Shown: positions 54,594 to 63,010 of the stretch, piece after piece
Layout of the letters: each line of letters begins with the position of its first letter
Numbering within the stretch: position 1 is the first letter of the stretch
NCBI GenBank assembly: GCA_963730935.1
Contig: CAVSTP010000004.1
Span: 480,001-544,000, forward strand
Direction: 5' to 3'
Source: an uncultured Nitrospiraceae bacterium
GTDB lineage: Bacteria > Nitrospirota > Nitrospiria > Nitrospirales > Nitrospiraceae
DNA length: 64,000 nucleotides
Program-made: the position numbers and the translations under genes
The notes under the pieces: model-generated
What the model saw: only the letters and a program-made list of their open reading frames with translations
Told to the model about the DNA's origin: nothing
Database searches by the model: none

Positions 54594-55438
54594 TATTCCC
54601 CCACTGGAGGTTCCGTTGAAATATCGCTAGCAGTTTGTGTCCTCACATTAAAGTCGACACGCTCACCGGCCTTGAGCGTTCGCGTGATGCTGAGGACGCC
54701 CTGTTGTGTGCCCGGTTGTTGGGTAAACGAATGCTTTGCCTCCTCGCCAAAAATGAGCTGTGCTGAGGCAAAGGCGTGAAAGTTGGCGACTTGCAAAAAC
54801 TCACTTTGCGCAAGGCCGTAGGGAATGCTGATGGTCAACGTGCCTCCTTCGTCGCCTGCTTGAACCCAGCCGCTACGCTCCACCCAAGCGTCGGCGCTAG
54901 TCTTATTTTCTGGCCCTGGCGCTAGCTCAACCGCGACCTGAAAGAGTGAGGGAGAGGACGAGGCGACAGTTGCGCCTGCTCGCACAGTCCGCTCCTCCCA
55001 AAAGCCATCGAAGAACGCATCTTCGACACGTTGACCGTTCGTGATTGTTATGGCCGCTTGTTGCTGTGTTTGAGGCACAAGGGTTACCTGAATGCCTTCG
55101 AGCTTGAGGTTGGCGATATCCAGAAAGGCGCTGCCGTTATACTTGCCCGGTACGGCTGGCGCTGGCGCAGGCCCCGATGTTATTGGCTTCGCAGGCGTAT
55201 TAGATGGACCCGACGGCTTTGGCGCAGGCGTAGGCGTTTGCCCTGAATCAGGCGCTTGTGTAGGGGGAGACGTCGAAGGTGTAGGTGTCGTCGTTGTCTC
55301 ACTCGGCGCTTGTGTCGGCGCTGGAGTGGACTGTGTAGGGGCTGGCGCATTCGTTGTCACGGCTTGCGGCGCGTCACCCCCACCCGAGCAGCCAGCAAAA
55401 AGCAAGACCATTAATGCTATGGGTAAATATGTTTTCAT
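54593..55438 (-). CDS. Lipoprotein with Pro/Thr-rich stalk
   Basis: GAGGGGAG RBS; lipobox FAGC; PT-rich linker. Confidence 0.75.
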   Translation of the reverse strand: MKTYLPIALMVLLFAGCSGGGDAPQAVTTNAPAPTQSTPAPTQAPSETTTTPTPSTSPPTQAPDSGQTPTPAPKPSGPSNTPAKPITSGPAPAPAVPGKYNGSAFLDIANLKLEGIQVTLVPQTQQQAAITITNGQRVEDAFFDGFWEERTVRAGATVASSSPSLFQVAVELAPGPENKTSADAWVERSGWVQAGDEGGTLTISIPYGLAQSEFLQVANFHAFASAQLIFGEEAKHSFTQQPGTQQGVLSITRTLKAGERVDFNVRTQTASDISTEPPVGE

Positions 55439-55660
55439 GGCTCCCCTCGTGTAAACGCGGGGGCTGTTTTGAGTTCATTGGTAAGGGTGCCGCATCGAGT
55501 GAGGATGCTAGTCCTATCCATAAGAAGCGACAATGAACGGAAGTCACTAGAGAAACTATATGAGGAGGTGTTCCTACATACGGCAACAACAGCTCAGGAA
55601 GTATTTCACCTGGGATGGCGATGGCGACAACTATGAGCAATTGCGTGGCTCACCGTAGGG

Positions 55661-55722
55661 GCCACCCTTGGGAAGGGGTGTCGGCTGCGAGGACGTTGGC
55701 CAGTCAGGTAAAGCTTAATACA
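55661..55722 (+). repeat. 62-bp element R4
   Basis: GCCACCCTTGGGAAGGGGTGTC N15 GGCCAGTCAGGTAAAG N4 ATACA. Confidence 0.92.
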
Positions 55723-55746
55723 TTAGCTGAGGGAAGAAGGTTCAAA

Positions 55747-55780
55747 ACGAGCCGACCCGCCACGCGCTGCGAAATGGTTC
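55747..55780 (+). repeat. 34-bp direct repeat, left copy
   Basis: ACGAG-N4-CCCGCCACGCGCTGCGAAATGGTTC. Confidence 0.85.
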
Positions 55781-55804
55781 AAGACGCTTCTGACCCGGGA
55801 AATG

Positions 55805-56188
55805 TTAACGAGTCTTGCACCAGTACAGACACTGAGCAGTGGTGGTGCCGGGCGCATTCATGCAATTCTGAATACACATTTGATCAGGCCCTTTCCCAGA
55901 TACTCTGGGCGGACCCTGAGAGGATCGGGTTTGCACGTCAAGATCGTCAGGCTTTGGAAGCAGCGCTCCTATCTTCAATGACTGAAGTTCATCAGTACTC
56001 TCGATCTTGATCTGATCGCTTTGGCCTGTCTGATTGTTGCGGATCGTCACCAACCCTTTGTCTTTATCCACGTTTATGATGGTGGCAGTGTCGGCAGCCC
56101 ATGTGTGGTGGGTGATGAAGAGAGAGAAGAGAACTATAGCCGTCACTCGATAAGACATTGAGGACGACAAGCGTAAATACCTTGGCAT
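55805..56188 (-). CDS. Secreted protein with DVQTR motif and C-terminal CxxxC...CxxxC
   Basis: AAGGAG RBS; signal peptide; CIQNC...CLYWC. Confidence 0.72.
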   Translation of the reverse strand: MPRYLRLSSSMSYRVTAIVLFSLFITHHTWAADTATIINVDKDKGLVTIRNNQTGQSDQIKIESTDELQSLKIGALLPKPDDLDVQTRSSQGPPRVSGKGPDQMCIQNCMNAPGTTTAQCLYWCKTR

Positions 56189-56369
56189 GGATCTCTCTCC
56201 TTTTTGACCTAAGGCGAATCGGCAGGAGACTAGAAGCTTCACCTAAGAAAGTAAAGCCCTGCAGTGCCGGGAACGATCGAAAAATCAAGACGGTCACGTT
56301 TTCACATGGGCGGGGTCTATCGCGGTGTGAGGTGCGATGAGCGGTGATGGAGAGGCGGCGAGGCGAACC

Positions 56370-56403
56370 ACGAGTCATCCCGCCACGCGCTGCGAAATGG
56401 TTC
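56370..56403 (+). repeat. 34-bp direct repeat, right copy
   Basis: 25 bp identical to 55756-55780. Confidence 0.85.
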
Positions 56404-56437
56404 CTGAAAGATAATGCCGAGACTCACGGAAGGAGGG

Positions 56438-56499
56438 GCCACCCTTGGGAAGGGGTGTCGTACGCGTGACGGCCTGCCAGCCAGGTGAGGCCGAATCCA
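56438..56499 (+). repeat. 62-bp element R5
   Basis: GCCACCCTTGGGAAGGGGTGTC N15 TGCCAGCCAGGTGAGG N4 ATCCA. Confidence 0.9.
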
Positions 56500-56694
56500 G
56501 GCTGGAGCAAAGGATTTCCGGGGGTCGGAAGCGACTGAGGCAGGATTCTGATGATGTCGAAGGTGGTAGGGAAATCTATGGCCGGTTTGTGGGACCTTAC
56601 CCGAATTGATCTAGTGACTTCCCGGAGCCATACTTCACCCGTCTTTTTCTTATCATTCCGCCATTCTTAATAACTTTTGAAAGGGTGGCGGACT

Positions 56695-56871
56695 GTGTTT
56701 ACTCTCCGACCAGAATTAATCACCTTCACTCGTGCGTGTGAAAACCTACTATCGGATGGAGTGCCGCTGACTGAGGATGAGCGCAACCTGCTCGAATACT
56801 ACGTCAACGATGTGGTGCGCGAATTCCTCGCAGACAAGTCCGTTGTCAGCAACCCTCCGACTGGAGCCTAG
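56695..56871 (+). CDS. Small helical hypothetical protein
   Basis: F.RACE.LL...LTEDE..LLEYY; natural-looking composition. Confidence 0.5.
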   Translation: MFTLRPELITFTRACENLLSDGVPLTEDERNLLEYYVNDVVREFLADKSVVSNPPTGA

Positions 56872-57103
56872 GAGAAGTTATTTGCGTGGAGTTTTGTCCT
56901 TCGCCAGCCATGGAATCCATGACGTGTCGGGCGAGAATTCCTTATTTTGGCGAGTGATTTGAGGCCGGTATGGGTTAGTTTTCCATCCTCTCCCTCTTGA
57001 TGCCACCGCTCTTTGTATCGCGTTCTTCTTATCCACGGAAGCCCCCGCTTTTTCGCGGTCAGTTAGAAGAGCCGAAGTTAGAGAATTCGCTGTTCTCAGT
57101 TCC

Positions 57104-57271
57104 CTATGCGGCCTTGTACTTTGCTGGTCGCCACTCCTGCTGAGAGGAGAGGTAGACACCGCACACCGTACAAACTACCTCTGCGGTGAACAAGCCGCCT
57201 TTACGTTCTAACTCAAAAATGCAGACGTGTTCACTATACTGAGGTTGATTACTCCGAGGATTGTTCAACAT
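57104..57271 (-). CDS. Small putative zinc-binding protein
   Basis: H.C...CTVCG; shares its leader with the adjacent receiver gene. Confidence 0.5.
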   Translation of the reverse strand: MLNNPRSNQPQYSEHVCIFELERKGGLFTAEVVCTVCGVYLSSQQEWRPAKYKAA

Positions 57272-57378
57272 AGGGCGACCGCCTTTCTTGTTCACAAAGA
57301 CGGCGGTCGGGACTTCCAAGAGGCCGTCGGCAGTTGTGTAGGTAGGTTGTCAGAGCCTAGGCTCTTTAGAATGCTGAG

Positions 57379-57828
57379 TCATGTTGCTTCAGTCATGGAA
57401 CCAAGACCAGCGCTGATTTCTGGCCGGTCTATGGCCTTCCCATCGATGCCTGCCACCGCTCTTTGTATCGCGCCGTACAATTCCACCCCCACATTCTCTT
57501 TCGATACGACGTCTGAAGCTCCTGCTTTTTGCATCAACCTGTAATCCTTCAGCTCGACCGAGAATCCAACCACGGCTATTTGCGGATACTGTGCCTTGAT
57601 GAAGCGGGTCGCTGCGATTCCGTCCATTCTGGACATGTTGATACCCATCACGACGACTGTCGGCTGAACCTTTGCTATACACACAAGAACCTCCGAACCA
57701 TCACTCGCTTCACCAACCACTTCGATACTGGGATACACTTCCAAGGTACAGCGCAGCCCTTGCCGTACCATGGCGTGGTCATCTACCACTAGGACACGAA
57801 TCGATCTGGTTTGGGATGGGTAAGACAA
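57379..57828 (-). CDS. Stand-alone NarL-type receiver, degenerate (Asp to Gly)
   Basis: VLVVDDHAMVRQGL, VVGEA, VVVMGINM. Confidence 0.75.
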   Translation of the reverse strand: MSYPSQTRSIRVLVVDDHAMVRQGLRCTLEVYPSIEVVGEASDGSEVLVCIAKVQPTVVVMGINMSRMDGIAATRFIKAQYPQIAVVGFSVELKDYRLMQKAGASDVVSKENVGVELYGAIQRAVAGIDGKAIDRPEISAGLGSMTEAT

Positions 57829-58164
57829 TGACGACCGCCTTTCACAGTATGTCGGCGGTCGGACCTTCCAAGAGGCCGTCGGCAGTTGCGTGTGTGGGGA
57901 GAATGTATTAAGAGCGTGCGCCCTTCTTGCTAGGATGTCAAGGGGTCATCTTCACCACTCGTGGTGATCTTGGAACTTTGAGACAGGCGCCTCGCTTGCT
58001 CGTGACACTCTTCGCACATATGGTCAACGTCGAAGACGACTGAACGCAGACCGTGGTTGTCCTCTCGTTGACACTTTGAGCAACCGGTGCAGTGGCAGGA
58101 ATCGACGGTTCTCATTACGTGGGGATAGTCATCGACGACGATAGCCTCGTAGTCGCTCCACCAG

Positions 58165-58575
58165 TCAACTAGCAAGTCTATAGCGTCTTTGCACTGTCGA
58201 AATGGCCTTGAGGATGGATGGTGCGAGAAGGTCTCCGCTGCCCACAGTCTTTTGCAATGCGGCTTGTGCGCCGTTCTTGATTGCCAGGTCCAGCAGGAAT
58301 GGATTGGGAAGCCTTGTCAGGATGATCACGGCGATCTCGGGATGATAGAAACGGGGAACGAGCTTTGCCAATACCTCAAACCCGGACATGTCCGGCAGGT
58401 CCAGCTCAAGTACCACACAATCAATCGGTTGTCTTGCGCAGATGTCTAGCCCAGATCGGCCAGTTGCCGCTGTGATCACATCATAGTTTGTTGACGATAC
58501 ACGGAGGCGGTATGCGTAGTATTCACGATATTGGATATCTGGGTCGACGAGGAGAATGGTAGTGGCGTCAGACAT
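58165..58575 (-). CDS. Stand-alone receiver domain, phosphoacceptor Asp replaced by Glu
   Basis: ILLVD, CVVLELDLPDMSG; paralog of 53479-53907. Confidence 0.8.
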   Translation of the reverse strand: MSDATTILLVDPDIQYREYYAYRLRVSSTNYDVITAATGRSGLDICARQPIDCVVLELDLPDMSGFEVLAKLVPRFYHPEIAVIILTRLPNPFLLDLAIKNGAQAALQKTVGSGDLLAPSILKAISTVQRRYRLAS

Positions 58576-58737
58576 GACAACCACACTGTTCCGGCAAGTG
58601 GCGTGGATCGTGGCTTTGCCGGGACCCTTAGGTGAAGCGTATTTAGATTATGCCCCTAAGAAGCAGGTGTCAATTAGCAGAGAAGTGGCGCCAGGAGCCA
58701 TTTTGCGGCGTATCAAAGTGGTTGATACAATATTTTC

Positions 58738-59330
58738 ATGGTCATTCCACAGCCGATGTCATTGGTTCAACAGCCTGAGCCCTTCGATGACTGGGACTGG
58801 ATCTATGAAATTAAGGACGATGGCTTTCGCGCATTAGCAGTCATTGAGCAGGGACAGTGCCGATTCTTTTCCAGGAAAAAACATAAGCAAACCGGCCATC
58901 AAGACCTTCGAGCGGCATTGGTGAAAGAGGTGAATGCGGAGACGGCCATCCTGGATGGCGAGCTCTTGGTCACCGACCACATGGGAAGGACAATCTTCGC
59001 TGACATGATGCAACGGCGCCATCCCGCCCGATACTTCGCGTTCGATCTACTCTCGCTCAATGGGGAGGACTTGACGAAACTGCCATTGCTGGCACGAAAG
59101 GAAAATTGAAACGGATCCTGCCGTCGCGGTCAGCCCACGTCCTCTATGTCGACCATTCGCGCGGAAATGGGACCGCGCTTTACCGTTTAGCCTGTCAGTT
59201 GGACCTCGAAGGTATGAGGACAATATAAACGTGCGGCATTGAATCAAAATTAAGAATACGGCTTACAGTCAAAAGGAAGGACGGGGAGACTTGTTCAAAC
59301 GAGCACGTCAGATTGCGGGTAGACGATACA
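58738..59330 (+). pseudogene. ATP-dependent DNA ligase (LigD-type adenylation domain) pseudogene
   Basis: WIYEIKDDGFRA motif I, ILDGE, FAFDLL; frameshift near 59100; then LDLEG and a stop-containing IKIKN segment. Confidence 0.8.
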
Positions 59331-59362
59331 GTCAGGGTTGGACAGGATTGGGGTCGTAGCCC

Positions 59363-59818
59363 TCAATTAGCTTCTCTAGCCTCTCGTTCGGCTTGCTGGA
59401 GGGCAAGATCTGTCTTCCTCGATGTCGTTGGAGGAGACGAACTGGTCGTCGTTGACGGTGCCACCGTCAATATCACAGGAATGGCTACGCTCCCTTCTTT
59501 ATCGACCGTGACTGTGACCGTGGCCCAATATGTCCCTGGTGCTAACCCTGCTACGCTCACCGCGACACGTGCAGAGTCCTTAATGATCTCTGTCTGAGGA
59601 GTTACCGAGACCCACGTCGCATTATCTGATGCGGTCCAGGTGGTTGGTTTATTATTCGTTTTGGAAACGCTGAGGAACTGGCTAGGTGGATTTATTCCGC
59701 CTTGAACGGCTTGAAAGCTCAGGGATGTGGGCCTCGCCGTTAAGGCACATGCGTTGAGACAAGTTAAGAGACCGATGCCCAGGGTCAACATAATGCCCAC
59801 CACCGAGTGAACGGACAT
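59363..59818 (-). CDS. Secreted BACON/Ig-like protein, probably truncated
   Basis: PTSLSF..WTASDNATWVSVTP..LAPGTY. Confidence 0.65.
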   Translation of the reverse strand: MSVHSVVGIMLTLGIGLLTCLNACALTARPTSLSFQAVQGGINPPSQFLSVSKTNNKPTTWTASDNATWVSVTPQTEIIKDSARVAVSVAGLAPGTYWATVTVTVDKEGSVAIPVILTVAPSTTTSSSPPTTSRKTDLALQQAEREAREAN

Positions 59819-59992
59819 AGGTCGAGACCTCACCTCTTGATGGCTTGAATCCATACACACATCGCTTCTTACGGTCGACCACGTTGCTGACTTATCGGCA
59901 TCCTAAATATGACTATATGTGCAAAGCCCATTCAAATGCCCCTGGCAGAATTCCTAGAAAGAGGACGCGCCGAAAGAAGGGGATGAGCAGTT

Positions 59993-60030
59993 AAAAAGGC
60001 CCGACTCCGGTGGGCGCGAAGTCGAGCCTT
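59993..60030 (-). terminator. Rho-independent terminator
   Basis: AGGCTCGACT-loop-AGTCGGGCCT followed by a T run, downstream of 60066-60743. Confidence 0.65.
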
Positions 60031-60065
60031 TGCTATCGGACTCGGAGAATCCCGAGATACATGGA

Positions 60066-60743
60066 TTAGTGGAGAGTGTCGAGGCTTTTTATGTTGTGCG
60101 ACTGGACCTGCGTCGTAAGCTCATCAACGCAGCCGGCAAATTTTTCGATGGCGTCATCCGTCCGATGACGTTTGATGGAGCCGTTCGAAGTCGCGGCGGA
60201 TGTTGTGACGTGTAAATCTAACGCGCTTAGAACATCCATACCGTCCTTAGACCTCTTGAACCCTATGGTGACGGGCTGGCCTTCTGTTAGGTCTTTTAAA
60301 ACAGCCATTGAACCTTCATCGAGCTCGTATACGAAACTTTTTGCCCCGGCCAGGTCCGAGGCGGTACTGTGAAACTTGCTTTTAGCTGTCGTGCCATGAG
60401 GTGTCTCTATATACGCATAGAAGGGCGCCTCTGGCTTTGCTGTCTTATTCTGGGTGTCGATTGTTCCGATCTTTAAGGACAATCCCATTACGTTTTGGTT
60501 CGCGTTTGTGAAGTAGGCGATGTTCCCTACGATTGTGATTAAGGCGCCGTTTCTGTACACAAAATCCTGCTCAGTCAGCGTATACACCAGCGTACATCCA
60601 CCTAGGACCTCTGCCGCTTGCATCGGATAAAATTCAACGGAAATCGTGCCTGTGAATATAGATACATCTCGCGCTGTAGCCTGCTCCGAAAAGGCAGGTA
60701 TGCTATTCAGCATCAAAAGAACTATTAGCAAGGTCTGTTTCAT
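60066..60743 (-). CDS. Secreted hypothetical protein
   Basis: Signal peptide; AT-rich codons. Confidence 0.65.
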   Translation of the reverse strand: MKQTLLIVLLMLNSIPAFSEQATARDVSIFTGTISVEFYPMQAAEVLGGCTLVYTLTEQDFVYRNGALITIVGNIAYFTNANQNVMGLSLKIGTIDTQNKTAKPEAPFYAYIETPHGTTAKSKFHSTASDLAGAKSFVYELDEGSMAVLKDLTEGQPVTIGFKRSKDGMDVLSALDLHVTTSAATSNGSIKRHRTDDAIEKFAGCVDELTTQVQSHNIKSLDTLH

Positions 60744-61054
60744 CAGGTTTTCTCTGCTGTGCGCTCCTTCGCCGCCTGTTTACAGATCCGCTCGATGTCC
60801 CGAACCCTCCCCGGATCCGGTGGCGGCCCGCAGTCCACCATACCCTTGAACGGTTCTATCGTCGCATCGGACATGCCGAGCCGACGGTCATAATGGCTGA
60901 TCATGGCGTGGATGCACCAATTGCGCGCATCCTCTAGCGTTTCGAAGATTGGCCCATCGAGCGGCTGGCGCATGCCGAACATGCGCCCTTCGCGGGCGCG
61001 GACGACGGGACGGTAACCAGTGATGAACTTCTGATGTCGGCCTTTGGGCAGCAT
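60743..61054 (-). CDS. Hypothetical protein
   Basis: AGGGGG RBS; TGATG coupling to the next gene. Confidence 0.5.
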   Translation of the reverse strand: MLPKGRHQKFITGYRPVVRAREGRMFGMRQPLDGPIFETLEDARNWCIHAMISHYDRRLGMSDATIEPFKGMVDCGPPPDPGRVRDIERICKQAAKERTAEKT

Positions 61055-61253
61055 GACTACCCCCTGGTTTTCCCCTATACAATCACCTAATGGGTCTCTA
61101 GGAGCCCGATCCGCTCTCATCGCAGCCCCCACTGGCCACGCGACTGCTCACGAACAGGTCTTGGAGAATCTTCCGAGGATGGGGCCGAGGCGTCAATGCT
61201 ACCTTTTACGCTACCTTTTAGCTTTTATGGGCCCTCTGAAAGCACATAAGTTG

Positions 61254-61328
61254 TGGAGCTGGCGAGAGGAATTGAACCTCCAACCTGTGGTTTACAAAAC
61301 CACTGCTCTGCCATTGAGCTACGCCAGC
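61254..61328 (-). tRNA. tRNA-Thr(TGT)
   Basis: GCTGGCG/CGCCAGC acceptor; GTGGT-TTTGTAA-ACCAC anticodon arm; GGTTCAA; CCA. Confidence 0.97.
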
Positions 61329-61380
61329 CCGCGCAAAGTGTCGCAGAGTAGGGAATGGCAGTCAACGACCAAGGAATATC

Positions 61381-61620
61381 CTAGTTTGTCGAAGGGTCTG
61401 AAAGCGGATCGATCAGCGCGGTCTGGCGGTGGGCTTCCAGCATGTCCTCTAATAGGCGGAGGGCGTCGTTCAACACATCGCTCGCGCAGCTCAGAGTGGC
61501 GTGAAACTGCTTCACTGCCTCGTCCACGCGTCCCTCATCGTGCAATGCCTGAAACTTGCGGTGATGTTCGTCAAGAATGGCGTGCTTTGCGTCCAACAGC
61601 AGGCAATCCACCGAGGTCAT
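61381..61620 (-). CDS. Hypothetical protein
   Basis: AAGGAGG RBS. Confidence 0.6.
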   Translation of the reverse strand: MTSVDCLLLDAKHAILDEHHRKFQALHDEGRVDEAVKQFHATLSCASDVLNDALRLLEDMLEAHRQTALIDPLSDPSTN

Positions 61621-61860
61621 ACCGCCTCCTTGCCCCTAAGTGAGAGGACACTGTAACAGACGTGCGCTGCACAGACAATCATACCGATGGGTGGTTCATG
61701 AAATAGTTGATATCTATGCTGCATCTCTTTGGAAAGGCGCACACTTTTTCTCATGCTCGCATTGACGCGTTCGCTGTGGATTTGTCTGACAGGGCTTGCT
61801 TGACGATCATGCCCGAACAGGCTATTGTGCCGACGACCCACAGCCTAACAGGAGGAATTC

Positions 61861-62088
61861 ATGCGTTCGCTCCCATTGCTCGTGATTGCCGTACTGACCC
61901 TGTCGGCTTGCTCGTCCGAATGGGTCCATCCCAACAAACCATCCTCCGAATACATCACTGACTACAACAAGTGTCAAAGTATCGTGGCTCGCGACCCCAA
62001 ACTGCAGCAGGGCAGCCAGCTGATGGTTCTCAATGCCACCGAACGTTGTGTGCAGAAGGAAGGCTGGCGGCTTGTGGAGCAGCAATAG
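61861..62088 (+). CDS. Small lipoprotein
   Basis: AGGAGG RBS; lipobox LSAC; DY.KC...CV..EGW. Confidence 0.75.
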   Translation: MRSLPLLVIAVLTLSACSSEWVHPNKPSSEYITDYNKCQSIVARDPKLQQGSQLMVLNATERCVQKEGWRLVEQQ

Positions 62089-62250
62089 TTCTCATGCCTG
62101 TTTCGATCCATCTCACCTGAATTTCCTCGCGATTGGCATCGCGCTCGTCGCTCGAAATTTAACACCCTGTTTACTCCCAAGTGATCAGGCCGGAACACCC
62201 CGTCGTTAACCTTCCCGCATACAAGTAGCCGTCTGGTCGGAGTTCCTTCG

Positions 62251-62469
62251 ATGACCTTCTCCGAGTCCTACATCTTCGTCTTTGCGATCAGCGCGGTTCT
62301 ATTCATTCCGGTGGTCCTGGTCATTCGAACATTACTCGCGACAAAGCAGCACGTCATCCTGCCGATCTTGCGCCTCCGCCTCACCAAGGTCCACTCGATG
62401 ACCTATGAAGATTCAGATCTCGAAGACGAACCCATTCCATCCATTCAAGCAAGGAGGACATCATGGTGA
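62251..62469 (+). CDS. Small membrane protein
   Basis: One N-terminal TM segment. Confidence 0.45.
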   Translation: MTFSESYIFVFAISAVLFIPVVLVIRTLLATKQHVILPILRLRLTKVHSMTYEDSDLEDEPIPSIQARRTSW

Positions 62470-62846
62470 CCGTCGAGCATTTGATGGCGAAGAGCTTGGT
62501 GAACATGGAAGCCGGCATGTCGGCGATGGAAGCAGCCAAGCTGATGAAGAATCATAAGGTGGGCAGTGTGTTGGTGAAAAGAGACAATCGCATCGTGGGA
62601 ATTGTCACGGAGCCGGACATCATTCGGAAGGTCATCGGTGTGGAACGAATTCCCTATTATGTGCCTGTAGAAGAGATCATGAGCAGCCCTGTCATCGGCA
62701 TCGATTGGCGGCGTCCTATTACTGAAGCAGCCGATATGATGAATCAGCACCGAACGCGCCACTTGGCGGTGTTCAATGGCGGTTCAGTTGTCGGGGTCTT
62801 GTCGGTCCGTGACCTTTTGCATCCCGTATCGGTCGACGAACTCTAA
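62463..62846 (+). CDS. CBS-domain pair protein
   Basis: AGGAGG RBS; GIVTE.DI, GVLSVRDL. Confidence 0.9.
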   Translation: MVTVEHLMAKSLVNMEAGMSAMEAAKLMKNHKVGSVLVKRDNRIVGIVTEPDIIRKVIGVERIPYYVPVEEIMSSPVIGIDWRRPITEAADMMNQHRTRHLAVFNGGSVVGVLSVRDLLHPVSVDEL

Positions 62847-63010
62847 CCGTAAGCCGAAATCAGCAATGACCTATGATACATCCTCTTACGTTTCCGCACT
62901 ACGATGGTTTCAGCGAGCCGGACTGTTCGAAGCTCCTCCGGTGACCGGACCACCCGTTCACCAACCTTCAAATGAGCATGTCATTTCCTTAAACTATTGG
63001 AGACGCCATC

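Larger units (their letters stand above)
52129..61299. mobile_element. tRNA-Thr-integrated island A (about 9.1 kb, no integrase seen)
   Basis: Bounded by the att copy and the intact tRNA; accessory and decayed cargo. Confidence 0.75.

Noticed and set aside
52254..56010. Plus-strand ORFs containing HPWEGVS as a repeated peptide
   Set aside because: These are translations of the DNA repeat. Their starts and flanks are unrelated and R1 has a frameshifting deletion.
52408..56499. CRISPR array or classical integron
   Set aside because: The intervals are gene-sized (0.76-1.5 kb), no cas or intI is present, and there are no attC R'/R'' boxes.
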